Shown here: in pieces, positions 41,901 through 55,587 of the stretch
Layout of the letters: each line of letters starts with the position of its first letter
Position numbering within the stretch: the first letter of the stretch is position 1
Assembly (NCBI RefSeq): GCF_022539665.2
Contig: NC_081331.1
Location: forward strand, 13,268,001-13,332,000
From: Daphnia carinata
Taxonomy: Eukaryota
DNA: 64,000 nt
Reading direction: 5' to 3'
The notes under the pieces: generated by a model
The model's database searches: none
Seen by the model: the letters and a program-made list of their open reading frames with translations, nothing else
What the model was told of the DNA's origin: nothing
Made by a program: the position numbers and the translations under genes

Positions 41901-43787
41901 TTGAAGCACAAACCTTCCATAGGAAAACAAAAAAAAAAAAAAACTAGCGTTCGTCTACAACGATATATATCGTTTGTGGACGTGAGATGCCTGGATATTT
42001 TTATCTGAAAAAGAGAGGACACGTCTTCAGAATCTTTTAGCTTTGGGGGAAATAAAAAACAAACGGGTTTCCTTTTCGTTTGCTTTGGCTGCTGTTTCAT
42101 ATTGATAGGCCACCAGCTCCCTACTGTCCGATGTTGATGCTGATGCTGAAACAGAATAATGTGATGCCCACCCACAGAGCTGCCAGTTAAATAATCTCCC
42201 TTGTCTGCTAAGAGTATAGACTCGAGAAGCTCGTGTCCATGAAGTCTCCTATCGCTTGACGCTGACACAAAAGAAAAACAAAAGAAAAAAGAAATCAACT
42301 AAATTCTTTTTTTTTTTTTTTTTCTATTGTATACCATTTTCCCTTGAAGTCTTGTCACTATATTACTTGATACAGCTACCAAATTTACAAGAGCAAAACA
42401 TGTAACGTATTCAAGTTGTTCAGGATTATACAAGTAACTGCGAAGCTCAAAGCGAAACAGATCTAGAAAAATTGACTACGCAATATTGGGTTGTTAACTT
42501 CATCAACTGAATATTTTTATTCGGTTTCGAGTTGATGTACTAGGAATAGAACGTTTATGCCGGCCAACCTATGCCGCTGCTAGAAATGGTAGCAAACCAG
42601 TTAGTATAGGAGGACACACTTTGGTTTCTATTTTTATTCTATAGGGGCATAAACGAAGTAAAAAAGGAGCCGCTATATGACGATGATAATATAGAAAAAT
42701 ATGATGCCAAGACCGTCTACACAAAAGGATAATGTTTGTTGTGCAAGCATTTCAACCATAAAGGATATTTAGCGTTGGGAAAATAAAAAGAGATCTTACT
42801 CAGATTCATCGCAACCGCTACACAAAAAGGCTCTTTTGAAAAAGAAAAAAAAAAGAGCATCGCGTAGTCATAGGACATATATAGCACTGAGCGTCTGTCA
42901 CAACAATTCAATAGCCCTCCCCCCTGCTGGCCATACACCATCACCCTCCACAAGCAGGATCTACGTATAAGTATTTTATGTATGAACAAGAGTCAGATGC
43001 CATATGCCGACCATGATAGAACTATATCCTTATATAGAGGAGGGGAAGTCGAAAAATAGGGGGGATGTGATATCAAAAAAAAAAAAAAAAAGAGACAAGT
43101 TAATGCTGATGTAGAACTGCTGCGCACGGATCCTCTCCTTATACTCGAGCGATGAAACGCGCAACAGCTGCCGCAATAGTTATATCAGCAAACAATGCCG
43201 TGTGAATTGAAGGTTCTGTCACCAACACGAAATCGAACTGGTTATCATATTTATTTTTCGTCACATTCAAAAATGAGAAGCCTCAACGCGTTTGTTCGTA
43301 ACTTGCTATTTTTTTTTTTATAGCCTATCGAATGAGGTAACCAGCGGCACAGCTTGCAGGTATAGAGATCCAACGTTGGGCTGTACGTATTTGTTATGTA
43401 ACGAGGGATTTCAATGCGCCAATATGAAAGCTCTTTCTCGGACGGTGAATGTGTTCAATAAAAAATAAAATTGGCAACATCAGTGGAAGGATGTGTATTC
43501 CTTATTAGAGTTGTATACAACAAGTGAGTATGACTCGTATACGAGAGCACCGAGAACACCTTTATTTATATACCAGGTATATAAATATAAAGCTGGAATA
43601 TGCTGGCACCTTGTAAATTGATTTCTCTATTTGATCATTACATTTCGTTTGGTTTTCAGAAATGGCCCCGAAGGCCGGAACTGTAATGAAGATGAAAGAG
43701 TCGAAGCCGTCGACTTGATGTGCTGCCTTCAATAAATTGCATTTCACAGGCATTTCGAATCTCCTTTTGGTTGGTGCGCAAGCGCCA

Positions 43788-43796
43788 GACCACCCA
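43788..43796 (+). promoter_or_regulatory. Perfect Ci/Gli consensus site ~480 bp upstream of the engrailed ATG
   Basis: Exact GACCACCCA. Confidence 0.5.
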
Positions 43797-44274
43797 CAGC
43801 GTTCCTCCAAGATGAGGAACGCCGAGTCTCGGTTTAAAAAAAAAAATTTTTTTTTTACTTCTTTTTTTCTTTTTCAACTCGTATTCTTTATATTCTTGTT
43901 ATCAAAGTGATGAAGTCAACGAGGCTGAAGAGATAATTTTTGAGGCAGCCAGAGAAGGGAACCATCCCTTCTTTTGGATTGGACGAAAGTTGGACCAATC
44001 GTGAAAGTAAAAGAGGCGGTCACTTGCTCCAGCCGACTCCGCCTTTCTCCGTTCCAGCACTGGAGCCTTTTCTCACAAGTTGTTTTTAAGCCCCCGCCAG
44101 CTACTTGAGCTGTCGTCAGTCGTCGACAGCACTTGCTCCAAAGCACACATATCTCAATCAAGCGCACTAATTGGCTTCAAACTTGTCAGTTGTTTTTTGT
44201 TTTTTTTTGTACCGTCGCTTGGAGTGGTGTGTGTTCGTGCAAAATCGACAGCAAAAAAAAAAAAAAAAAAAAAA

Positions 44275-47200
44275 ATGGCAGACGTATCGCAACACCAACT
44301 TCTTCTCTCCGAGTGTTATCGAGGCTCCAGCCCACGAAGTGCCTCAACTCCAGGACCGGCGGCTCCTGACAGCCCGGCCAATTCGGCTTCAGGCCGCTTT
44401 TCAGCTTCACCTTCCGTCGCAGCAGCTTTGTTGTCACCATCCCTCGCCGGCGCCAACTGTTTCGCTCCAAACTACCACTATTCGCCCTACCATCATCATC
44501 ACCACGCAGTAAGCCAACATCCAGCAGCATTAGGTCTCATGGGTTCTTTCCTCAGTGTCGGATCTTACGCTCCGTACGCGGCACTTGCTGCCGCAGCGGC
44601 CGCAGCCGCTGCCGGCATGGCCGGTCACCTAGCACCGCCGCTAGCCCCTCCACCTTTGCTGCATCCGCTGAGCCGCCTGAGACAATCATCACCGACATCC
44701 CAATCCGTTTCCAGAGTTCTGCCCTTCTCAGTCGAGAACATCCTCAAGCCGGAATTCGGCCGCAATCATCCGTCCGCAGAATCGACTTCGACCGAGGCCG
44801 CGGATGACCAAGAAGCTAACCAACCTGAGCTCAAACCTTTAAACAGAGAATCGATCAAGAGGACAGCTTCGTCTGCATCCATCACGAGCCCTTCACTTGG
44901 TAGCAAACGCGTGAAATCATCCACTGCCGTCTCGCCTCCGCTGACGAACAAGAAAACACCTTCCGTTTCAATCAAAGCTGATCCAGCTGATCTATCGGGA
45001 CGTACCAGCAGCTGCACTGATTCCTCATCGTTCTCATCTGGCGAAGGAAGCAGCAACGGGAAAGACGGTGAGCAGTCTGGAGGCCCCACAGAACTACCTA
45101 CCGACCCAACCAAAATGACCGATCCAGCTAAATGGCCTGCTTGGATCTTCTGCACTCGCTATTCTGACAGACCTTCTTCTGGTGAGTTCCTTTCATTTGC
45201 ATACCGTCTACTGTATCATAAGGGTTTTAGCACCGCTAGGGCTTAGCATTTAGACTACGAGCCTAATGTCAATAGAATCAAACCTATTCCAGACGAGGAG
45301 TTTGTTTTGAACTGTTGGTTCGCATGCGATTTTTATGGCAAAGGAGCGTCCGATCAGATTTGAGCAGCTTCTCTTGCTTTCATTTGGCATTTATTTGTAT
45401 TCAAAGCCGGCCACGTAATCGCTCTTGAATGTAGCCGAAGGCGACTTTTGTTGGGCATCTTTGTAAATCTACTCGTACAGCTCGTCTCTTTCTGAGAATT
45501 TTGCTAGACGATTCTCCACACACACACACACACACACACAACGAAAAACCAATTGATTTTAATATGCGCGGGGCGAGTCATCAGAAAGGCTGTAAGCAAT
45601 TTAAAACCGTTATCGACTGAGCTCTACATGATGACGCCCCTCACTTGGTCGATGGGGTTCAGTAAAGTACAAGGAAAGTGACCAACACAAAAATCGATAT
45701 AGACTTCAGAGTTTGATTGTTTACGGTCTGGTTATAGGCCGTGTAGCGTATGATCCCTTTCGATCGGCAGAGTTTCAATGATTTTCAGTCTTACTAGTAA
45801 ACTGGTATGTTTTGTAACTGATATACACGACGTAGCACAACACATCCAAATAGAAAATAAAGAACACACAGCAACCAGGATTCTGCACATAAAACATATA
45901 GTTATAATCATACACTGCTGTGAGGGGGGGGGGGGGAGGCACGCCAGGGCAATTGTAGCGTGATTTACAGCTATTTTATATATCCCGCGACAGTCATTGT
46001 GGCTGCAGATCCCGGATGGTTTGCCATAGAACTGAAATGTCAGGCGAAAAAAAAAACAAGTGCTGATCAAGTCCTCAAACGTCTTTATAAATGCATTTCA
46101 AAAGGAACTCCTGCTGTTCAATATTTTTGTGTTGGTGACCCCACTGGCTATACACTCTCCGCGTCATACATAAAGAAAAAAGACATTTGTACGTAACACT
46201 AAAGAACTTTCTATTTTTTGAAATGAAGAAGGGGAGAGAGAGAGAGAGGGGACTGAATTGAAGGAAAAAGAAACGAGAGGTCACCATTGCTGGTTAACTG
46301 GTTTTAAAGGTTGGTCTGGTCACCAGTGATAAGGCCCTTAATATGTGAGCGCATGGGTGAGCACACGTCGCAACGGCGACAGCCCTATTCATACATGGTG
46401 GTGCGATATCTATGCCACCAACGCTGACTTAATAGAAATGTACGTGATTTTCACAACTAAAAGCAAACAAACTCAAGTTAATTTCTTTACACATTCAGAC
46501 TCTTGATTGCAATTAGAATTAGAATTTTTCAAAAATGTCATGCAGAGCTCGTTTTGCACAGGGTAGCACTGCAAATGCGAAAGATGCGAAGTTTATTACA
46601 GGTATATGACATCAATGTCCTTTTCCATACGGCCGCCCTGTGCGAACTCAATTGGCGTTTGACCTTTTTATTTTTTTTTCTTCTTAAAAACTGTGATGGT
46701 TATCTTTTTCATGTCTGTTGAGCTGGCGCTTTGGCCATGTTCAGGATAAAAAAAAAAAAAAATACGGGACAGCATGGGCCATAAAAATGTAGCGAAGAGA
46801 GACATATAGAAAGAGAGAAAGGCAAAGAGGGCTTATCAGCGACCATTTCAGTGATTGAATAAGAGAGACACAACACTGGTTGGAAAAGAGACGTGAAGAA
46901 GATATAACTTTTAGGCTTTTATTTCTGTGTGTATATTTATTTACATTTTTGTGCGCGCGTGTTTGTGTTGTGTGTGCGCCAAGTTGAAGGCGACGCGCTT
47001 TCAGAGGAAAGAGAGAGAGAGCCTCCCAAAGATAGCGACCACCCGGGCGACCAACCGACCTGACTCGCCATGTGAGGTTCTTCTTCTCCATTGCTTTTAT
47101 TCCCCTTTATTTTATTTATTTTTCCTTCTTTCGTTTCCAAGTTACCACGGGTTACAGTTTTTTTTTCTCTTTTAATTACGTTTTTCCTATCAACCCACAC

Positions 47201-49482
47201 TTCCGTGAGAGATTTTAATCGTCTAATTGGGTTAATTGGCGCTGAGAATTCACACATACGATTGCAGGATGCATAAAAAGATAACGACTAATTCATATCA
47301 AATCGATTGATTTGTCTTATATACTGTGTGGCTCCATTTTTGAAATCGTTTGCATTAATAGCTCGCTTTCGTAATGCATAGCAATCTCAAAATTGGCTGC
47401 CGCAGATTGCCATGATTAGGGCTTCAAAAATGATGAAATTTCCAGACGGCTTCTACCAGTGCCTCTTTCCCTTCTTTTATTTTAGCGCGTTATTCAAGTG
47501 ATCCCCTCGAAAGCGAAGAGGAAGCAAACTTAGCTAGTCGCCTGAAGCTTTCACTTGATGGATTAACTATGTGATCATATAGGGAATGGAACACGGTACA
47601 CGAGTCAGCCATATAGTTGGGGTCTGCATTTCGGAATGGGGGAACCCAGTAAAAAAACCAAAAAAAACAAAAAGAGCGTGTATCAAAACTAGACAGTGAT
47701 TAAGTTCGTCGGTTATTTGTACATGACAGCAACGAGGAGGGTTCTCTAGCAGGCTGCGTGTGGTTTTCAACTACAAACGTACAGCTGTTCTTATCAACCG
47801 TCACATGGAATTTCGCATGGCTGTCGCACGTATTATAAGGCAATGCCTTAATTAATACTTGAATTCCTTTCGAATAACTGCGCTAAAAGCAAATCGCAAT
47901 AGCGAACGATGTATTTTATTTTTGTATAAATAATTCCTGCTTCAATTTCGATGGCCGTGATGTGTTTGGGTGGTCTGTATTGGACATGAGCTTCCTTAGG
48001 CTTCGTCGATTATACCCAGCAGCAACAAACAATCTGAATCTGTTGCTGCTTCCTCTCGTGCAGCTCACCGGACAATTGCATCCATCTTCATCCGTATACT
48101 TTTCTGAGAGTTGAAAACTATTGTAAAAAAAAAACCTTGTGCGTATATAACTTCATCCACAAAGGTAGATGAAGCAATCATCATGACTCCCTTCAAAAGA
48201 CAGCCATAATGGCCCACTGTCATCCGCCTCTATAATTTTCTTATCTGGCATTTTCGGCTCAATCTTCTACGTTATTATTCTCTCTTAACAAGGCACGCTG
48301 AACCCGGGAGTCATTCCATAACAAAACAAAATAAAAAGGGAAAAAAAAAATGTTTCTGTGAATTCATGAACACTCCTCTCCTCCTAGTTCAAGTTATTAC
48401 CGACTGTACGATCTATGCAGCCGTGCATTGCATAGCATTTTATTTTCATTTTAATCTATTTGGCGATTTAAAAAGCAAATGAAGCTGTCTCGCATTTTTC
48501 CGAGTACGAATAAACTAGCGTGAACACAATTTGGCAATCATAATTCGTGGGTATAGTGGCACGTTGTCAAGACTCAGAATGTTGTGCCCGCTCATACGTC
48601 ATCCTATCAAAATGAATATAACTGGGAGAAGCCAAGATTTGTGTCGGAATTCCTTAGACGATAGATTGCAACGAAGAATTTGTCTGCTTGGAATGAGATC
48701 CTTTTGGATGAAACTTAAGGAGATGAAGATGATTGACGGTTGTACGACGTAACCAATATACACACGGCTGTATATACGCTCTCTTCGCATCAATCCATCT
48801 TACGAATCAATAACGATTCGTAAGCCATAACTGAGTCGTGTCGTATCACACTACACAAGTTTAAAAAAAAAAAAAAAGAGAAAGACCAACATTCTTGGAA
48901 TAGCTACAGAATTAAAGATTTTGGCAATCGGATATCTTTTTTCGATGGCGTCTTAACCTTTTGGGAAAGGCATCAAGTTGAGTCTATAGGATTTTCAGGT
49001 CAATCAACAAGTTTAGGATGGGCTATTCCGTTAGCATAATATTTATTTTCCTTAAGTGATATTTCTAAACAATAAAAAAAGGCAAGCTTAATAATGTTTC
49101 AATTATTCTTTATGTTTCAGGTCCCCGACTACGCCGCACCAAAAAGGACCGGAATGCCGAGGAGAAGCGCCCACGGACAGCTTTCACATCTGAGCAATTA
49201 GCTCGTCTGAAAAACGAATTTACCGAAAATCGTTACCTAAACGAGAAGCGTCGCCAAGAGCTGGCCAACGAGTTGCAATTGCACGAAAACCAAATCAAAA
49301 TCTGGTTCCAGAACAAACGAGCCAAAATTAAGAAGACCACCGGGCAGAAAAATCCCCTGGCACTGCAGCTCATGGCTCAGGGTCTTTACAACCATTCGAC
49401 CGTCCCAGTCGGCGAAGAAGACGAGGACGAAGAATTCTACGCTTCTCATCAGCAGCAACAAAGGGAGCAGCACAGTGAATAA
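44275..49482 (+). CDS. en: Engrailed homeodomain repressor (engrailed-like paralogue), 2 exons, ~422 aa
   Basis: Exon 1 44275-45181 (donor G|GTGAGT) and exon 2 49121-49482 (acceptor TTTCAG), total 1269 nt. EH1 [12 protein letters not shown] (from 44725), EH2 [19 protein letters not shown], homeodomain [21 protein letters not shown]...[17 protein letters not shown]5 [17 protein letters not shown]. No LSVG motif, and no RS microexon noticed in the intron. Confidence 0.93.
45517..45540. repeat. (CA)n microsatellite in the en intron
   Basis: About 12 CA units, seen directly. Confidence 0.85.
47967..47975 (-). promoter_or_regulatory. Perfect Ci/Gli consensus site in the en intron
   Basis: TGGGTGGTC on the plus strand. 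Confidence 0.5.
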
Positions 49483-50067
49483 AGACGCGATCGTGTGTGT
49501 CATCCTTCAATCAAAAAAATTATAAACGTCTATACGATTCACTCATCCAATTCGCCAAAGAAGATTTGTAGCCTCCAATTGAAACAAAAAAAAAATGTCT
49601 GGCTCTATTCTATAAAAACCTCTTCTCCATTTCTATACGTTTGCAACAGGACTAATGGAGATCGATTTCTTCTTCTCTCGAGATCGAGGTTCCCAACAGC
49701 TCTGGTTGTGTTGTTGTTGTGGAAAGCAGTATTTAAATAATTGTTTTTTCGTGCCATATTGTTTTCAATGTTGAATTTCATCTGCTATCGGTAGACCGAC
49801 ATAGTACATAGACCATAACAAAGCCTATTTTATGATCACATAATGACATGCCCAGTTGGACTTCCCTTTCCTCCTTTTTTTGTTCAATTACATATTGCAA
49901 ATGGTTTCTTTTTTTTTCATATATATAAATCTCATCTATTGATTCCTATCGTATTTTTTATCTTTGACATTCAAGAAAGTTCGCAATACTTTGTCGCGTT
50001 GTCCCCGTATGTACTCGGCCATTTTCATTTGTGTTGCACTTACGACATGCAGTGCTGTATATCTGTG

Positions 50068-50073
50068 AATAAA
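50068..50073 (+). terminator. Candidate polyadenylation signal of en
   Basis: AATAAA ~590 nt after the stop, following a U-rich 3'UTR-like stretch. Another AATAAA overlaps the stop codon at 49478-49483. Confidence 0.45.
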
Positions 50074-53000
50074 TTCTCAGTATTCCCAACGACACGTGAC
50101 TGTTGTTTTACTTGGCCAATTGAATTGTCAGCCGAGGAAAGGGTTGCATCGGAAATCAATATCTCGTCCTGCATCAACCTAATCAGTTTACTATTAAAAA
50201 TCAATTTTCGGGACTTTCACTTGCTTTGCTCGTAGACATCTGTATGGTCCACTAACTCCAATGCTAGTCGATGCTTGACGCGCTTGAATGTTGCGCTTTG
50301 TGGGTTAAGGTCATCTTGATGGCCACATTCAAGCATTTTTTTAAATGTCAAATTAAAACAGGGGAAAAGGAGCTGCTTTTTCCTGTTCATCGTTTAATAC
50401 ACATTGCGATATTTACTTCATTTTCTTTTTTCGTATAAAAGACGTTAATTGTTGGCCTATGATTTAGGCTGCTAATTTTATGAGTGTGGAGGATGATTTG
50501 AGACAGCAATATAGTTCGACTTTCATGCTTTCCATCAAGGGTCATATAAGGGTTTCAAAAATTGAATCTATATTATTGTACACGTTTGGGGGGGGGGGGG
50601 GGCAGCAAAAGGCACGCGAATATTTTGCCTCTGCTGTAGGTATAAATTGAAAGAATAAAGGCTCTACATGAAAAAGAATATGCCTTCATGTCCTGTAAAG
50701 GGCTTGGCATTTTTCTTTTTTACTGTCTGGAATGTCCTGTACAAAGGCATTCAGAGAAAAGCGCAGGGCGATTAGCGTGGTCTCTCTAGTCGCGTAGGTC
50801 GCCGCCGTAGCTAATCGATTAGGATCAAGCATCGGCCGTGTTCCTTTACCAGTGTAGGGGTGCCTCATAAGAATTTTTTTGAATCACCCAAAACCGTGCA
50901 GGGATGTAGACAGAAAAGAGGAGGAGACGGAGGAGGGCAATGCTTTTTGACAAGGAGTTTTCGTTGAGGCGTCCAAGCGTAGCTGACATGTTTGCCCCAA
51001 AACAGATCCGTCACAGCGTATTGGGACTAAATTGGCCTGTGCTGTGTACGAAATCTATTGAAACATGTTTCCAAACAAATTCGGCGTGCGAGCGCTATAC
51101 CCACTGGTCCCATTCTATTTCATTCTTTTCCACAATCAAAACGTTAACCCAGCCAAAACTTGTACCATTGCTACGGAACAATTGGAATAGTTCCAAGTAC
51201 CGTGTGCGATGAAATTTGAACGACAAAACTTTCGAATCCTGTATGGCCTCAAGAAGCAATTGCGCTTTTTCACGGAGGTCGATAACCCAACGTCACAAAT
51301 TAGAATACAATTGCTTGAAAAATCAATGTAACGAGCACATTGGTGTTCAACATTCATCCTGCAGCTCGATTGGATTGAGAAGGCTCGTAGCAACGAGGGT
51401 GGTCATCATTTCTGGTGCAGGAACATCAACGGCACTATAGAGTCTTTAGGATGTCCAAACGGGCCAAAGTGATGTGTTGATTTATGATGGCCTGTAAGAA
51501 ACATATATAGTCGCCTAGTCGCAGCGGTTTGAAAATGAAAAAAAACCATGGGAAAACTTACAAAGTTTTTTTTTTTTAGTCTACATAGTGTTTGGACGTA
51601 TATGGTCCCCTCGGCTATATGAGGTAGCCGAGGTACTGTGTCCAAATTGTTCCCGAGACATTCCTCCATGTGTATATGGGTACGGCACAGGACCTTGACT
51701 ATACACTCGAATTTGTCTAGAGCTTTTTATTGGGCCTGACCAACACCATGGGAGAAATTCACACACACAAAAAAGAGTACCTTTCATAAATCGCTTATTG
51801 CATTCCAGTCCAGCCCTCTTTTTTTTTTCTGTGTTTCACATTGGAAAGAGTTTATCTTTGTCCATCATCAGCCATTTAACCCTTGACTTCAAAAGGCATA
51901 CCTCGAACTCGTACATTTCTGTTTTTATTAATGATAATTTGATCTTGTCGCCCGCTTTTCTCAACGCAAAGTTCATCGGCTTCATTTGAACGTCTTGAAC
52001 GATCGAGCTCAACATTGACAAAGCTGAAATTTAAAAGGTAATATCAAGGCAATTCAAATGCGGCTCGGTTGAATAACATCCACGAATTGACTTGAGAGAA
52101 AGGCTTCACACAAAAAAAAAGAAGAACAAAAACTATTTGAAAATGTGTTACTTTCATACCTGCAGCTCTCCTCCCTCCACAATAAATAGGAAAAAAAGCA
52201 AGTGTAGGAGATGCTTAAGCTTGATTAGCCTGGAACAACAATTGACGAACTATTTTCCCATCAAACATTGAAGGTGCAGTTGCCGTGGAAGAACAAACGG
52301 TGGGTTTTTACCCTTTTCATGCTTTTTTAAAAGGAAAAAAAGGACCGTAGCTCCGACTAGACAAATATCGGGGATGGATACAGTGCCAGTTGAAAAAGAA
52401 AAAAGCAAAGGGAAAAGAAAAAAGACGGGTGTCAAACAAGGAGATTGGGGGAGGGTGGGCTGTGTGTATATCTCAGTGTGAGTCAGGGCAATGCATATAG
52501 CCCAGATGACAAGAAAGTGGTGAAACTTCCAAGGTGGTCTTCACGGTCGGCTGACTCTCACGCTTACCACAAACCTCCCCCATCTCGAACGACCACCGAA
52601 ACCACTAGCTCTCCTCCTACTAGTACCTCTGTCTCTTCTTACTGTCACCCAAGTGTCTCCCCTCAGCCCCTATTCCCACCCTTACCGCAGCCACCCACCT
52701 CTTCTTCTTATGAAGAATGGTAGGCTAATAGTTAAAGAAAAAAGCTAAACCGGTTCGTTTTCTTCTTTCATTTTACTCGCTTTGCTTCACCTTGTAATTT
52801 TTTTTTCTTTTCGATTCAGATGTCTCACCTAGCCTTGATATGATGTTACGTATAAGGGCGCACTCTTCACATTAAATGGGCTCTCGTAACAGTTGCAACT
52901 GCAAACAGTTTGGGTTTTACTTCACGAAAAAGAGCTTCCGTCTCGTTCACAAATAATAAATGAATTAAATTAAAACTTCTTACGTAATATTACGAAACAG

Positions 53001-55587
53001 AGGATCCTATTACACAGTTAAGCGCAAGCTAGAACGTATCAACATTTTTATTGAATCCACGTTGCTGTCCATCTGGGCGGTGCCTTCATCACCACTCGAT
53101 ACTCTTTCAAGTTGAGAGAGCTCATCAAAATTCTTGACTGACATTCTTTTTTTGTTTTATTTTATCCTGCTGTTGTTGTTTACTTTTCAAACCAACACCA
53201 CATAACACAAGTCGAGGGCGGAATGTGTATTTTTTTTTTTAAATGGCGCTTTTGAGCATCGGCGGCGGGATCTGATCTGTTTTGACGTGACGCACTCCAT
53301 CGTCTCCTTCGTTCTTTCTCGCCTTTCTTTTCATTTTTTTTTTTTCTTTTTTTCCCCCGATTTGTACAAATGCATAGCACCCAAGCGACCTCTATTGCCG
53401 CTGCGCTTTCGGCCCGCAGGTTGGCTGACTGGTGGCCGCTTGTTGCATTCCAGCGGATCAGAGCGCGAGCCGCTGTCACATTGGTGCGATGGCCTCACTT
53501 TGATGCCAGAACAAACATGGGGGCATGATCTATCAACTCTTCAAAAGATCTATCTGTGTACACACATCCGTTTTCCACTCGGATTCACTTCCTTTGATTT
53601 CACTCATGGATTGATCCGATACACGAGAGATTAGTTTGAAATAAACAGTATATATCTTTCTGACTTTTGATGAGAGAATTTCATTTCATTGCCCATTGTT
53701 TGAGAGATTTTCAAACACTTTGTCACATTCAATCGCGACGTACATTGTCTGAGAAGCTCAAGGAAAGCGGAAACATCTTTCTAAAATAAAACGCGTTTCT
53801 CTACCAATCAATGCATTCGAGCAGCGAAAATGCGTTAATGTTATTTGATAGAGTTTTTCGTTCGAAATTCGTTTGACGCTGGTTATAATACGTCAGCTTG
53901 TGTTGCCGCAGACACAACAGTCATGACGGAAATAAACAATTCCTGGCGTGAAATGATCCGGAATCACTTCCCTTTTCTCCATATGCCGAACTGCTATTCA
54001 CAGAAAATCTTCTGTTGGGTGCTAATGAGCTTTGACAGGAAGGAGAGGAGGGCGTGAGGGACCCTCCTGAAAGATGTTGGCATACCTCCATCGCGCCTCA
54101 AAGTATTACCTTACCCACCAAAGTCATCTCTTGAATGAGACAGACCCTCTTTCTTTTTTTTTTTTTTTTTGCTGTCCTATTATTTTCCAACCAATTTAGT
54201 CTCCCCACTGTCCGTCGCCAGTGTCTGCCAATGTATCTTGCGGAATGTTGGTTTGACTCCGCATGATTGCCCATTGATTTCTTTGAAAAAGGTATTTCAG
54301 GATTTAGGAAAATCTTTTTTTGTACATCTGCCAATTGACTGGCTAGGACTTGTTTTAAGACTTAGGGTTCTACGATTGAACATGTTCTATATATAGAGAT
54401 ATAGGAGATCTTTTGAAAATCTTGTGCGACACATAAGGGCGTCGTTTTAACTACGCAAGTCGTCTAATTAACGAGAGGCTCATGTGACACTTACAAACTG
54501 CGTTGTACACGTGATAGTGGAAACGCAACAACTGATGCGACTCGCCGCCTAAAACAGCAATCAGAGCCAACACGAAGGAACAACAGATATATCTTTGGAA
54601 GTTTTTTTGAAAAAAGAAAGAAAAACATGACTCTTGGACGATGCCAGAAAATGGGGGAGAAGGGGTGTCATTATTCTTAATATTCACGTTATTTACGTGG
54701 TAGATCCCACAAATTAGGGAACGCTCGAGAAACGTCTACAGTTTGATAGGCAGGATTTTCTTTCTTATATGACAACCTTTTCCCTTTCGAGAAATGAATC
54801 ATCAATTAGCGAATAAAAACAAAGTTTGTCTGCTAATATAAAGATTTATTGACTGCTGTTAATACGGCCAGGACAGTTGGCACTGAAATGCAGCGCTGGC
54901 AGTAAAAGTGACAGAAACGACCATCTAGTTGCTATACAGTATAAGCTAACAGATAATGAAGGCTTCCTCGTTCTCTCTATATATATATGTACTCGTATAG
55001 GGACTAAAGGAAGAGGAGAGCCAAACGTTTAGACCGTTTCTAAAAAGATATTTGCAGCTTTGGTATGCGTGAAACGGTGGGGTTTTCTGCTGGATCCACG
55101 CGCAGACGAGTGGCATTTAACACTATGGGTGTGTGACAGATGTCAGAGGAAACCAATGCCTACGGTCTATGCTTGGCTTCACTTTGCCAGCGCTTCTAAA
55201 AGCAACATCACCCTTCTAGGTTTTCTTCTCATTTAGGCCGTTGCTCTTTCCTGAACGCCAGACGACAAGAGAGGACCTCCAGCGTAGCGACAGTGCATCC
55301 GCATATCACGTTAATTACGACCACATATTTACAAACACATGTAAGTGATACATCATTTCGTTTCCAGTTTTTATTGCGGTTCTTCTATGGTAAAATTAAA
55401 ATGTACACAAAATTTACACAAACACATAAACGTGTCATGAGAAGAAAAAAAAAACAGATACTGCAGGTGCTAATGATTATTGATGGCCGTCATCAGTGGG
55501 TTTCTTTACAACAGTCTTTGCTCGTTATCGAAGCCTCTTCTTCTGGATCGTTTTGTTCATTGACAAAACGCAAATCGAAAAGGGTTT

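Noticed and set aside
12300..43900. Numerous 60-160 aa ORFs in the intergenic region
   Set aside because: Dominated by K/F runs from A/T homopolymers, with no recognisable domains or coherent exon chains.
44080..44274. 65-aa N-terminal extension of En in the ORF track
   Set aside because: It starts at TTG and runs through T and A homopolymers (FFF, poly-K). The first ATG, at 44275, is the plausible start.
46720..47025. Polycomb response element from GCCAT and GAGAG motifs
   Set aside because: The motifs are short and common across the window; chromatin data would be needed.
45182..49120. RS microexon in the en intron
   Set aside because: No AG|GNMGNA|GT configuration with a pyrimidine tract was noticed by eye; the scan was not exhaustive.
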